A DNA stretch of 64,000 nt from Nageia nagi (lineage: Eukaryota > Plantae > Pinophyta), in NCBI GenBank assembly GCA_050084985.1, contig JBITNC010000001.1:139810001-139874000 (forward strand), written 5' to 3'. The position numbers and the translations under genes are program-made. Every line of letters begins with the position of its first letter. The first letter of the stretch is position 1. The notes under the pieces were generated by a model. That model was not told the origin of the DNA and did not search any database. It saw only the letters and a program-made list of their open reading frames with translations. Shown piece after piece: positions 51,585 to 64,000 of this stretch.

Positions 51585-54500
51585 TTCTTATTGGGTAGAT
51601 CCTACGTTGGGCGCTAAATAGTTTATAGGGAAATGCTTCTACGGATTTTCTTTGGATTTTATTGATGTTGGATCTTATCCTTTGTATTATTTGATAAGTT
51701 CTTTAATAATTTAATTTGATATTTTTCATTGAATTTTATTTTAATTTATAAAATGATTTTTTTAATATAATTTAAAGGTTTTGATATAAGTTAAAAGATC
51801 ATTAAAATTAATATTTGTAATTATTAGTAAACCCTTTGATCATAGTAGAGAATTAACTGTTGAAATTCAATAAACCCTTCAAATTATAATCATGCTTTTT
51901 AGAATTTATTTTAAATCTTATTAAAAGGATTGATTTATAAAATTTAACACTTCAGTTCTTTCAATAAGTATGATATAAAATTTATTTTCTACTTTTGGGA
52001 ATAAAATTAAAATTAAAAAAAGTAACTTTAAATTATTAAATAATTATTAAGGTTATTAATTATTTATTACAAGTGATTTTAGTGATTATTTCAATAATTT
52101 TCTTCTTGCCATTTCAAAATTCAAATTGTAAACACTTTTTAGGGTTAGGGTTTTATTGAACCGATTAGAATTTTAAACTATATGTAAGAGCAAAAAATCA
52201 TTGTAACGCATCTCTCCCCCAATTCAACTGATGAGTCCTATTTGGATGAAATTAATTTTGAACTTGGAGATTTTGTAAGTTTTCATCTCTACCATAAAAA
52301 ACTATTACGCATCTTTCTCTTTTGTCTCCTAATTTTTTTTTATCCAAGCTTTTAGATTCTCTCTTAAAGCTTCAAAGTAATTTTTTAAATATATTAGTTT
52401 AATATTTTTTTTTCAAATTTTATTAGATATAGATAAATTGATAAGTCTTTTACTATTCTTTTAAACTTAAAGGTTTGTAGGATCTATCAAAAATTGTTTA
52501 AATAAGAAAAAAAATATCAATTAAGTATTTGACTAATTATTCACCTTATATTTATATTTTTTAACACGTTTGTAATATGTTAAACATGGTTCGCAATTGA
52601 TCATCCCATTTTCAAACATTGTTCGATATTGATTTCCCTCCTATTAAAATTCATTTTTAGGGAAATCTTAAAATTTTCCATAATAAGAAAACAAAACACA
52701 TGGAACTTGAACTTATTTAGTATCTTAGTTGCCTTTCAAAATTCATAGGAAAATATTCTTACTAAATTATCAAGAACCATGTTGAAAATTTCTATAGAAC
52801 ATGTGATTACTTTCTCATGGAATACAAAGATGTAACAATAAAATTATTTGTAATGATATTGAAATATGAATCACTTTTATGGTTTTTTATCACTCCTTAC
52901 TAATTCTATAACTAGTTGGTAAGATATGCCTAAATCTTTCCTACACAAATATAGAGTTAGATAATATAAGATATTAAACATTACCTTACGAAATTTTGAG
53001 GACTCAATACATAAAGGATATTTTTCAAGTTCAAGGTTCACACAAGATACAAAACGTATTCTAAATTAAAGAGAATTGTGAAAAAAAGATTACTTCATTT
53101 AAAAGTCTTATAAAATTTATCATATTGAAGATCATGGAATAATTAGGTGTTCAATAGTATAAAAACTTCTATTTATACAAAGAAAAGAATATCAAAATTT
53201 ATTTATGTAGAAAAATGAAATTGATGATAATAATCTTGAAGGAATATAAGATAACAAAAATAAGGAAAATTCTTAAGTGATTTGAAATAAGAAAAATATT
53301 TGAGTAATTTGAAATATGAACAAAGTATTTCTCAAAGAGATTTTTGTCCCTTTTTAGGATTAGGAACTATTTCATATCTAAAGGAAAATGAAAAACTTAT
53401 AGCAACCATAAATAAATCATTCTAAGAATATTAACCTTCCTTCACTATGACATGTTACAACATTTGTTATGTTGAGGATCATAGATTTGATAAGTATAAA
53501 ATATTATTAGAACTTAATATGCTTGTACATTGTAATAATTTTCAAAATCTATCTGAGAAAGGTCAAAGATAATCAATCAAGTTTAAAGAAGATCAAAGGC
53601 TAGATTTCAAATATTGTGAATAAAAAATAACAAGAACTCCAACAAAATGAAGATCTTGATCGAAGATATTTTTTCCTATCACAAGATCAAAAGATGTTAC
53701 ATAGTTAGATGAGAATAAAGAGAATACAATTTTTACAAAAATTCATTCACAAGAAAATAAAGATGACAAAAGTTTTGAAGAACCAAATATATATTGGGAA
53801 GATCATTCTGGTGGCTCATATGATTTATTTGAACAAGATATGAAAATAGGAAGGAATAATCTTGAGAATCAAGTTATTCCTAATATACCTAAACTAGCAT
53901 TCAATAGAGTCACATTATCATGAAGAGATAAAATTTAAACTCATTTCAACATGTATTAAAGGTCAAGATGTTGTGATATATACCTTAAACCAAATTTATG
54001 AATTTTATCTAGAAACTGTGTCTTCACTCTTACCTAAATTGGAAGAAGTATTCATGAAAGAAGTAAAAACAATGTTAAATGTTCAACTAGAATATAGAGG
54101 AATTCCATATCCTAACTAATTCTCTTTTTGATGATAAAGATTTGAAAAAGTTACAAAGGTTGAAATAATTTAAGAGTATGACGGAAATCTAATTGGAACG
54201 TTTCTTTCTAAATACATAGTTTATTAGGAAAAAGAATGTTTGAAAATTTGGATAGATAAAAGGAATGAAATAGAATGTAAGATGTAAGAATAAAGATATG
54301 AAGAGTATCTTTAAGAGAAATAATTGCATGTTTCATTGATGATTATATTTTAAAATATTATTCATTTTATTCACTTTGAATAAAATGCATATTCTTTTAA
54401 AGATACTAAATTGACTCGAGATGAATCAATTAGGATTATTTAGGTAAATATGGATCACATAATTTTGGAACAACATGAAAATATGCCTAATAGTGAAGGA

Positions 54501-54740
54501 CCTAGTATAGAAATTGATCAAGGATCATAGAAAAAAATTGATATCTACAATGAGAAATGATATGACAATCAAGTTCATGATAAGGATCAATGAACATTTT
54601 TCATGTTCCTTTTCATATTAATGTTAAGTATGACTATTACCATTATGATCTTAATGATATCTAAAATATTAAAGAAGAAAATCTATTTGAAGATATGTAT
54701 TACATTTTCTATGATACTCAATACCATGATACCAAGCATT

Positions 54741-57097
54741 TGTTAACACAAAGATATTATCATATTTATCAACATAGTGAGAAGCATGTTGGGTTATAAG
54801 TTTGAGGTATGTCAGGTGAAGATTGAGGTAGTTAGGTGGAGATTAAGTTTTATCAGGTATTTACTAGTGTTTTTGGGCTTGAATATAGCTATCCAAAATA
54901 TCTATTTCTACTAACATAATGATGATGATGTGGCTAGAGGATGGATGGTGTGGATCTAGGTAGCATTATTGACTTATCCAAGTGTAATAAGGTAGTGATG
55001 ATTTGGATAGGTATTGATATGGAAGGTTGATACCAATAGGTTGATTAGACACATACTTAGATAAATACTAAAAATAGTGTATTCTCAAGTGATGATGTCA
55101 ATCAAGCAATGATTATCTAAAATACATTGAGTCCAACACCTTAGATGGAGAGATTTTTTGAAAGCTTGATTAAGTGCTAATGAGTGAAGAGAATAGTGTA
55201 AATATGGTAGATGACATCAACAAAGTAATGACACTATAAAATCAACCAAGTTCAATAGCTAAGATAGCAGTTCACAACTGTGAGTGAGGCTTAACTACCA
55301 AAAACTCAAAGATATAGGAAAGGAAATTAGCACATGATGTCAATAATTTGATGCTTGTCCAAAATGAACTAAATATGGTAACTTAGAAGATAATAATGAA
55401 GAACAATGGAGTTAAGTACCAAAGAAGAAAGATAAAGGTACATGCTACTGATAAATCATGATGTAATTGATGTAAAGATAGTCCATAATGTACTAAATCT
55501 AATGGAGTGGATGAAAGGGAATAAAGGTAACTGAGTTAGGGATCAATAAAGTACGCAAAGGAAAAGAAGTATTAGTGGATGACATCAGCAAGGATTTTAC
55601 TATTGATTTTATAAGGGATCTAATACCTTAGGCAAGGATACTAGAAGATAGTGAATTTAAGTACCAATGAAGGAGATAGAATAAAGCACTACAAGTGAGT
55701 GATGTCAGCAACTCAATGACTAACAAAAATGCACTAAGTGTGGAAGCTAAATTGAAATGGTAAAAAGGTAAATAAGTTAAGTACCGATCTTAGTGGAGAA
55801 AACGAAGGCTCTTGGAGAGTGACATCAACAAGAAGATGATTAGTCAAATTACACTAATTTTGATTATTTATTTGAAAAATCCTATTAGAGAACATGTCAA
55901 GGAGTGAAAAGGAGGATAAAATACATGGAAAGAGATATGATGAAATTAGCCAATCCAAGAAATGAATAATTAAATAAACACTAGTGGTTTTAAAGAGTAA
56001 AGTATCAATAAGGAATTTCTAGTACCTAATTGAATATTTGATGATATATTTAATGTTGGCAAGTATGTAAGGGAACCAAACTATATTATAAATGAAATTT
56101 TAGTTACCATAATATAAGAAATAATATCAGGGAGAATAAAGATCCAAGTTTCATAGAGAGAGTGTCATAATTTGATAATTTGCACTAGATGCATGTGATA
56201 ATTATTCTTAACCATTATTAGTATTTAAGTACTATCAAAGGAGTGGATACTATGTTTATGAGTCATTATGTAACTGAAAAAATAGTTACTATATTATTGA
56301 AATAGATTTTGATATCTAGAGCTAATGGTTACATAAATAAGTAACTACTACAGATACGTATGGAGAGTTTACTATTTGTAGTAATAGTTACTAGAGTTGT
56401 TAAATGAGAATCATATTATCAAGAAATATATTAAGATTTTGTTGCTACTATAATGAGTATAAGCAAGGGATAATTAAGTATGTATAGTTTGTAGAGTGAA
56501 AATTGAATTGAATAGATGATAATAGTATGTTGATGTATATTTTGAAGGAGATGTTAGTAAAGGATAAATAATGGTATATTGGCAAAGATGGTAAGAAAGG
56601 GCTATGAGGATTGATAGCTAGATCCAAATAGAGATAGCTAGGAGAGTGAAGGTTGGATAGATAGACCATTGAGGTTCTTCAAGTAAGGGTCTAATATTTT
56701 ACTATCAATTTTTTTTAATATTGTTATTTTATCAACTAGGTGCTTAGCAGGAGGGATTAGTGTTCCTTCCAATTAGTGTTGGTAAAGTAAGGATCAATGC
56801 TTCTTTCAATTATAATTGATAAACATGGAGTTGTTACTCCATATAGTTAGTGTTGATAAATTTTTGTAAGGTTGATGCTTAGTAATAGTTGAATTTGGAC
56901 CATGATCCAAGTATTCTTATATAGGAAAGTAGCCATATTGGTGAACCTCATTATATCTTGTATTGTGTGATGTCATCTTGGGGTACTTACTTTATTTTAT
57001 TTTATATAAACACTATTTTAATTAGTAAAGTTGAAGAATTAAGTTTTAATTTAATACACTAATACAACCCCCTCTTAGTGTAACTTGGAGTTCAATA
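54741..57097 (+). repeat. 5' LTR of the copia element (~2.36 kb)
   Basis: The start TGTTAACACAAAGATATT matches TGATAACACAAAGATATT at 62958. It ends TTCAATA before the PBS. Confidence 0.88.
55085..55940 (+). repeat. Diverged ~120-bp tandem array within the copia LTR
   Basis: The anchor (A/G)TGA(C/T)(A/G)T(C/A)A recurs at ~55092, 55211, 55334, 55458, 55579, 55699 and 55819, with TTAAGT(A/G)C in most units. Confidence 0.75.
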
Positions 57098-57162
57098 ATT
57101 GGTATTAGAGTTGGTCCCCATATTAGGTCTAATCAACTAAGGGTGATTCAAGGAGTGACACT

Positions 57163-60100
57163 ATGGCTATAGAAGAAGGTTTTTCATATAATAAAGAAAC
57201 TTTATTTCATGGAGCTAATTATGATTTTTGGAGGCTCATAATGAAAACATATCTAAGTTCCTTGGGATTTGATATAAGGGAAGCTATAGAATATATAGCT
57301 CCTTCTACTCCTCCAACTAATGCAATCAGTAAGAATCTATGTGAAAATAATTATGTGTGGACTAGTTGATAGTGAGATAGTAACGGTTATGGGATATAAA
57401 TATGCCAAAGAAATATGGGATACATTGCAAAGTATACATGAAGAAAATATCAATATTAGGGTGGGTGCAAGAAGAGGAGTCCACATAAAGAGGAAGTTTT
57501 ATGACACAAAATTTTAAAAATAAAATTTTCTTTTTAAGTAACTTTTTATTTTTTAGGAATTTTGAGAAAAAATATATGGGTACAACCTTTAGATAATTCT
57601 CTATAAAATTAAAAAAATAAGTTTGAAAAAATGATAACTTTAGATCAAATTATGCATGACAAACATGAGCAGTTTTTAAAACTATAATTATGAACAATAA
57701 AAAATTAATAAAATCAATAATATTCATGAAACTATTATGAGAAAAATCCTTTATTATGTTAGGTATATTTTCCCCAAAGGATTTAAAAAAAAATACTTCT
57801 TTTTAGATCAAAATATGTGTGATGGACATGTGCATGGTATGGTCCTAAAATAGTATTTTTAAATAGTGTTTTTTTTCATACCCATCATAAATAAATTTGT
57901 ATCTTATGGGTATTGTAATAAATTATACATTTGAAAACTAGACTCAAAGCACTACATTTTCAACCCATTGATCTTCTTGAAGATTCCATGTCTAAGTGCT
58001 TCAAAGTTTGAGATCAATGTGATCAAATGTGAAAATTAGGAAAAGAATTCCAATTTTTGGCCATAAAGTGGACCCAGCTTCTTGCACTAACCCATAAAAG
58101 AGTTTAAGATACAAACCTTTAAATCTCAGTTTGAATGGTTGCAGATGAATGATGAAGATGATATAAAAGTTTGCATGCATAGAGCCAATGAAATTGTCAA
58201 TTCTATTAGAGGATTAGGAGATAATATTGAGGATAAAATCATTTTCAAGAAGATATTAAGATCACTACCACTTAGATTTGATTTCAAAGTATCAACTATT
58301 GAAGAGGAAAAGGATTTGAATACCTTCACTTTGAATGAAATGCATGTATCATTAATCACTTATGAAATGAGAATTGGTAAGGCCAAATCTAGTGATAAGG
58401 AAGCTATTTTCAAATCTTCTAAGAGTTCCAAATATAGAGAAGACTCAGATGTAGATGAGCCTTCAAACATTGAAGAATCAAACATTTTTAGAAAAATCAA
58501 GAGGGGTCAAGGCAAATACAAAGGTAATATCCCTTTCAAATGCTTTAGCTTTGGAGACATTGGTCACTTTTCAAGAAAATATCCTTATAAATATAAGAAT
58601 GATACTAATGATTATGCAAGTAAATATAGAAGTGATAATTACAAGAACAATACTAAGAAATTTAAAAAAGCTAGCAATAAGAAGAAAAGCTTTATCTCTT
58701 AAGAAAATGAAAGTGATTTTGATGACAACAAAAGTAATGAATTAGAAGGTGATCATGATGAATCTTTATTTATGGCTTTTGAATCTAATAAGGAGGAATT
58801 TGAGACCATAGAAGAGATTGAAGATGATAAAGTAGAGGCTTAAGTAGATTGGAAAGATGAACTCATCTCTGCTCTTGAAGATATTTATCTAGAAATAAAG
58901 AAAAATAATAAAATGAGCAAGAACCTAGATGAATGTAATAGAAAAGTTTAAGAGTTGTCAATCCAGTTAGTAGAGGCTAAAGAAATAAGAGAATATATAC
59001 AAATTCAATTGGATGATAGAATGGATAAATATCATACTATTGAAGAGGAAATAGTTGGCTTAAGAAATATAATTGAAAAGTTGGCCACACAAGCTAGTGT
59101 AAGCTAAAAGTTTTAAAAAAGCAAGAAATGAAAAATATTAGAAAGGATTTGAAGATAAATACTAGCTATCCTAAAAACAAGCAAGTTGTTGACCATAATG
59201 GATTTACAAGAGTTGATCAACAAAGAGAAAAGAGTTCTAGGAAGATTAAATATGCTAGTCAATATCCTTGAAACAAGTTTCACAATTCTTATTGTGGCTA
59301 TATAAATACCTTCTTTGTTACTATTATAAGTGTAATCATTATGGCCATAAAGTTACTAATTATAAGTTAATTATTAAACCAACCAACTTTATATATCAAA
59401 ATATTTTTAATCCCTTAATAGAAAATAATATCTTATGTTACAAGTGTCATAACTTTGGCCACATAGCTAAGTTTTTCATAGGTCAATTTGGAAGTTTACA
59501 CAGACAAGAGAAAAAATTATGGCAAGTCTCATAACATACACAAAAAATCAAACTTTTGAGAAAAAAATAAAATATCTTGATAAGAATGAAAATACTACCA
59601 AAGCTAAAACTAAGATTAAGAAGATATAAAAAGAAAATAATGATAATATCAATAAATCCTTGATTATGCAAACCATCCTAAAAGCATAAAATAAATCCAA
59701 ATCTTGGATACTTGATAGTGGATGTTCTAAGAACATGACAAGAGATAAGAAACATTTTGATAATCTATAGTAGTATGATGATGGTTCAATCAAGTTTAGA
59801 AATAATGATGGAGCAAAAATAGTTGGAAAAAACATAGTAAAGTTTGGAGATGGTAAAGTTAAGACTAAAGAAGAACTTTATATCATGCATCTAGAATATA
59901 ATTTGCTAAGTTTTAGCCAAACATGTGATAGAGTAAATGATTTCATATTCAAAAAGTATGGTTGCAAAATTAGAAGAGAAAATAATGGAAAGTTAATTAC
60001 ACATGGTATAAGAACATTTGACAACTTATATACTCTAGTTAAGAACACCAAAGATTATTTCTTGTTGAGTTATGATAATGCAAATTTATTATGACACAAG

Positions 60101-62720
60101 AGATTGGATCACATCAATTTTGATAATATTATGAATATTAGCTTTAAAGAGGCTTTAAGTGATATGCATAATATTCCAAAACCATTAGAAAATAGATGCT
60201 CTGCTTTTCAAAAAGGTAAGCAAACTCAATATTCCTTTAAAATCAAAGATTACAACACTAGTAAGCCTTTAGAACTTTTTCATATTGATCTATGTGGACC
60301 AACCAGAATATAAATTATAAATGACCATACATATTTCATGCTATGTATTGATGATTACACTAGAATAACTTGGGTTAATTTTTTCAAACATAAGTTAGAG
60401 GCTCTTTATATGTTCAATTTCTTTAAAAATTAATTGAAAATGAAATCATAAAAATGATTAAATGCTTAAGATCATATAGAGGAGGATATTTTATCTTAAA
60501 TGATTTTATTGAATAGTATGAGAAGAATGGTACTAAAATACAATTCTTAGCTCCAAGAATACCTATAGAAAATGGTGTGGTAGAAAGGAAAAATAGAATA
60601 ATGCAAGAAATGGCTAGAATTTTATTAGCGTAGGGAAAACTTTTTTATCATTTTTGGAAGGAGGTAGTACATGTAGTAGTTTATATATAAAATGGATGCT
60701 TTCTAAAACCAAATAAAAATAAGACACCATATGAGCTTTGGTTTGGAAGAAAGGTTATCGTCAAACTCTTCAAGATCATTGGTAGTAAATGTTATATTAA
60801 AATAATTGAAGACAATCATGGAAATTTTGAAGTTAGACAAGATGAAGGTATCTTTGTTGGCTACTCATTAAAAAGCAAGGCTTATAGATGCTATAATAAA
60901 ATACTTGTTAAAATAGTTGAAATTGCTTATGTAAAAGTGGATGAAGGTATAAAATTATTAGCTAACAATCAAGAAAATTATCCCACTTATGAGGAAATAA
61001 TTGTGAAAGATGAACATGAAGAACTAGAAGAAGAACAATCACAACCAACCACTCCACATACTACAACCACCCTAAAGACACCTACAAGGTATGTGCAAAC
61101 AAACCATCCAAAAGAGCATATTATAAGAGATTTTAAAAAAGGTGTTCAAACTAGAAGAATATTTGCACAAGCATAAGAGCATACAAATTACTCTTTATTA
61201 TCTCATATTGAACCAAACTTTGTGATGAAACCTTAAGAATATGAATATTGGATAAAAGCTATAGACAAGGAACTCAATCAGATTGGAAAGAATAAGATAT
61301 GGGAGCTAGTACCTAGACCTCAAAATAAAAGTATTATTGGTATAAAATGGATCTTCATAAACAAGTTGAATGAATATGGTAAAGTTATTAGAAATAAAAC
61401 AAGATTAGTTTGTAAAGGCTATGCTTTGATTGAAGGAATTGATGTTGATAAATTTTTTGCAATTATAGCTAGATTAAAAGTAATAATAATGTTTCTTACT
61501 TTAGCAGTATATAATAATTTGAGTATATCAAATAGATGTTAAATCAACAATCTTGAATGGTAATCTTGAGGAGGAAGTGTATGTTGAGAAACTAGATGGC
61601 TTTGAACTTGGAGAAGATCTAAGTATGGTTTATAGGCTCAAGAAAGCATTATATGGTCTAAAGCAAGCATACCAAGGGTGGTACTCAAGGTTAAACAATT
61701 ATCTTCTACAATAAAAATTTAAGAAAGGTATGGTTGATAGCTAGTTTTATGTCAAAACTAGAAATAGTCATCAAATTATAGTGGTTGTATATGTGGATGA
61801 TATTATCTTGGGTTGTTGTAAAGATGATTTAAGTAAGGAGTTTCATGCCCAAATGCAAAGAGAATTTGAAATGTGTATGATAGGTGAGCTATCTTATTTA
61901 TTTAGTCCACAAATATATTAATTAGATAAAGGAATATTTATTTCTTAGATCAAATATATCAAGATGTTGAAAAAATTCAATATTGTAGATTGCAAATGGT
62001 TGGTACCCCCATGATAACTAGATGTAATCTTAGTAAGGATGATAAGTTATCTTTAGTTAATCAAACTCCATATAGTTAAATGATTGGAAGTCTACTATAC
62101 TCATAGTTTCAAGACCTGATATTCTTCAAGAAGTGTGTATGTTTTCCAAATTTCATGTAGATCCAAAAAAAACACATGTGCAAGTAGTCAAGAAAATTTT
62201 TAGATATATTAAAAGCATAATGGAGTATGATTTGTGGTATCCAAAAGGTAAAAACTTTACCTTAATTGGTTATTTAGATGCTGATTAGGTTGGATGTATT
62301 GATGAAATAAAAAGCATAAGTGGAGGTGCTTTCTACCTTGGTAATAAGATTGTATCATAGTATAGTGAAAAGCAATATTCAATGTTATTATCTATAGTAG
62401 AAGAAAAGTATATTTTAATAAATCATGTTTTACATAGATAATATGGATGAAGAAAACCTTAAAATATCTATAAATTCATTTCAATGAGCCCAATTTTTAT
62501 TTTGTGTGATAACACAAGTACCATTTGCATTTCAAAAAATCTATTTATGCACTCTAAAACTAAGCATATAGCAATCAAATGTCATTTTATAAAGGAGAAG
62601 GTTGTTTAGAATGAGTTGAAGTTAGAGTTTGTTTTGAAAATAGAGAAATTAGTGGACATTTTTACTAAACCATTTCCTAAGGAAGTGTTTGAATATCTTA
62701 GATGAAAATTGGGAGTGGTC
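57163..62720 (+). pseudogene. Copia gag-pol relic
   Basis: Domain order GAG-PR-INT-RT-RH with many stops; interrupted at 57459-58093. Confidence 0.9.
57459..58093. mobile_element. Non-coding TIR element (MITE-like) inserted in copia gag
   Basis: Left end GGGTGGGTGCAAGAAGAGGAGTCCAC; reverse complement of right end GGGTTAGTGCAAGAAGCTGGGTCCAC. The gag reading resumes immediately after it. Confidence 0.82.
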
Positions 62721-62957
62721 ACTCTTCCCACACACTAGACAACTATTGGCTACATATTCTCATGGGAGCTTCTTATCTTTTTTGTTATATTATTTGATCC
62801 TCATTTTTATTCATTATTTTACTAATGTGTTCCTAATAATGTTGTGTATAGACTCAAGGGGAGTCTATAGCCCTTTGTTATTATTGTGAAAGGGGGAGAG
62901 AAAGAGAAGTATCAATTATCATTCCTACATGCTGCCAACACTTCCAAATGGGGAGAT

Positions 62958-64000
62958 TGATAACACAAAGATATTTTCATTATTGTCAACATAGTGAGAA
63001 GCATATTAGGTAATGAGTTTGAGAAATTTTGAGTAGATATTGAGGCTTTAAAGTGGATATTGAGATCTACTAGGTGTTTACTAGTGTTTCCAGGCTTAAA
63101 TGTAGCTATCAAAAATATTTATTTTTGCTAACACAATGATCATAATATGGCTATAGGATGGATGAAATAGATACAAGTATCATTGCTGAATTATCTTGGT
63201 ATAACAAGGCATTGATGATTTGGCTAGGTGTTGATATGGAAGGATGGCACCGATAGGTTAATACTGGTAGGTTGATTAGATATATACTTAGACAAATGCT
63301 AAAAATAGTGTGCTCTCAAGTGATGATGTCAATATAGCAATGTCTATCTAAAATAAATTAAGTATGACACCTTATATGGAGAGATTCATTAAAAGCTTTC
63401 TTAAGTGCTAGTGAGTGAAGAAAAATAGTGTAAATATAATAGATGATATCAATAAGGTAATGATGCTACAAAATGAACTAAGTTCGATTGCTAAGATAAT
63501 AGGTCGTAGCTATGAGGGAGGCTAAGTACTGATAAGTCAAAGATATAAAAGAGGAAATTGATACATAATGTAAATAATTTGATGGTCACATAAAATAAAT
63601 TATATACAACACCTTAGAATATAATCTTGAAGAATAATGGAGTTAGGTATTGACAAATAAAGACAAAGGCACATGTTATCATTGGATGATGTAAGCAATG
63701 CAAAGATTAACCAAATTGCACTATATTCAATGGATAAGATGAAAACATGCAAAGGTGATTGAGTTAAAGACTAGCAAAGCATGAAAAACAAAAGAGATGG
63801 AAGTGGATGATGTAATAAAGGAGTTTACTACCAAATTTACAAAGGATATGATACCTTAGGCAAAGAGACTAGAAGATGATGGAGTTAAGTACTAGTGAAG
63901 GAGATAGAACAAAGAGTTATTGGCCAATGACATCAATAACTTGATGACTCATAAAAATGCACTAATTTTAAAAGCTAAGTAGAAAGGGTGTAAAGGTAAT
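62958..64000 (+). repeat. 3' LTR of the copia element (partial)
   Basis: Follows AAATGGGGAGAT and is colinear with 54741-55770. Confidence 0.88.

Larger units (their letters stand above)
54741..64000 (+). mobile_element. Degenerate Ty1/copia LTR retrotransposon (SIRE/Maximus-like); 3' LTR truncated by the window
   Basis: 5' LTR 54741-57097; PBS-Met TGGTATTAGAG at 57100. Coding relics: gag (KILRSLP.RF..KV..IEE.KDL), zinc knuckles, protease WILDSGCS, integrase SKPLEL.H.DLCGP, RT (YVDDII) and RNase H (DIFTKP). The PPT is followed by the 3' LTR from 62958. Confidence 0.93.

Noticed and set aside
52700-54740. Possible LTR/gag remnant upstream of the copia element
   Set aside because: It looks TE-derived, but no motif or boundary could be identified with confidence.

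Overview
This is AT-rich, CpG-depleted plant nuclear DNA. The element types and their degree of decay suggest a large gymnosperm (conifer-like) genome, which is an inference. The only intact protein-coding gene I can support is a two-exon stress-response A/B-barrel (DABB/HS1-like) gene, join(18216..18352,20633..20819), 107 aa. Most of the rest is old, nested transposon debris: two minus-strand Tat/Ogre-type Ty3/gypsy elements (1..~8367; 39104..47607, the latter inserted in a LINE), a SIRE-like Ty1/copia element (54741..>64000) carrying a TIR element in gag, and a non-autonomous LTR element (21903..34075, TSD AAATA). That last element hosts a solo LTR and an 8.4-kb CACTA element (23249..31649, TSD ATA). 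The CACTA element is the most unusual object here. It keeps only a TnpA-like relic and carries captured PLS-class PPR sequence, amplified into ~300-bp triplet repeats, an in-frame 111-bp (37-codon) array, and inverted (antisense) copies. A related PPR relic lies at 10.5-11.35 kb. A CpG-retaining island at 49.7-51.7 kb holds a frameshifted LRR-receptor 5' fragment. The copia LTR carries a ~120-bp periodic array of what look like deaminated TGACGTCA sites. All calls are by eye; no searches were run.
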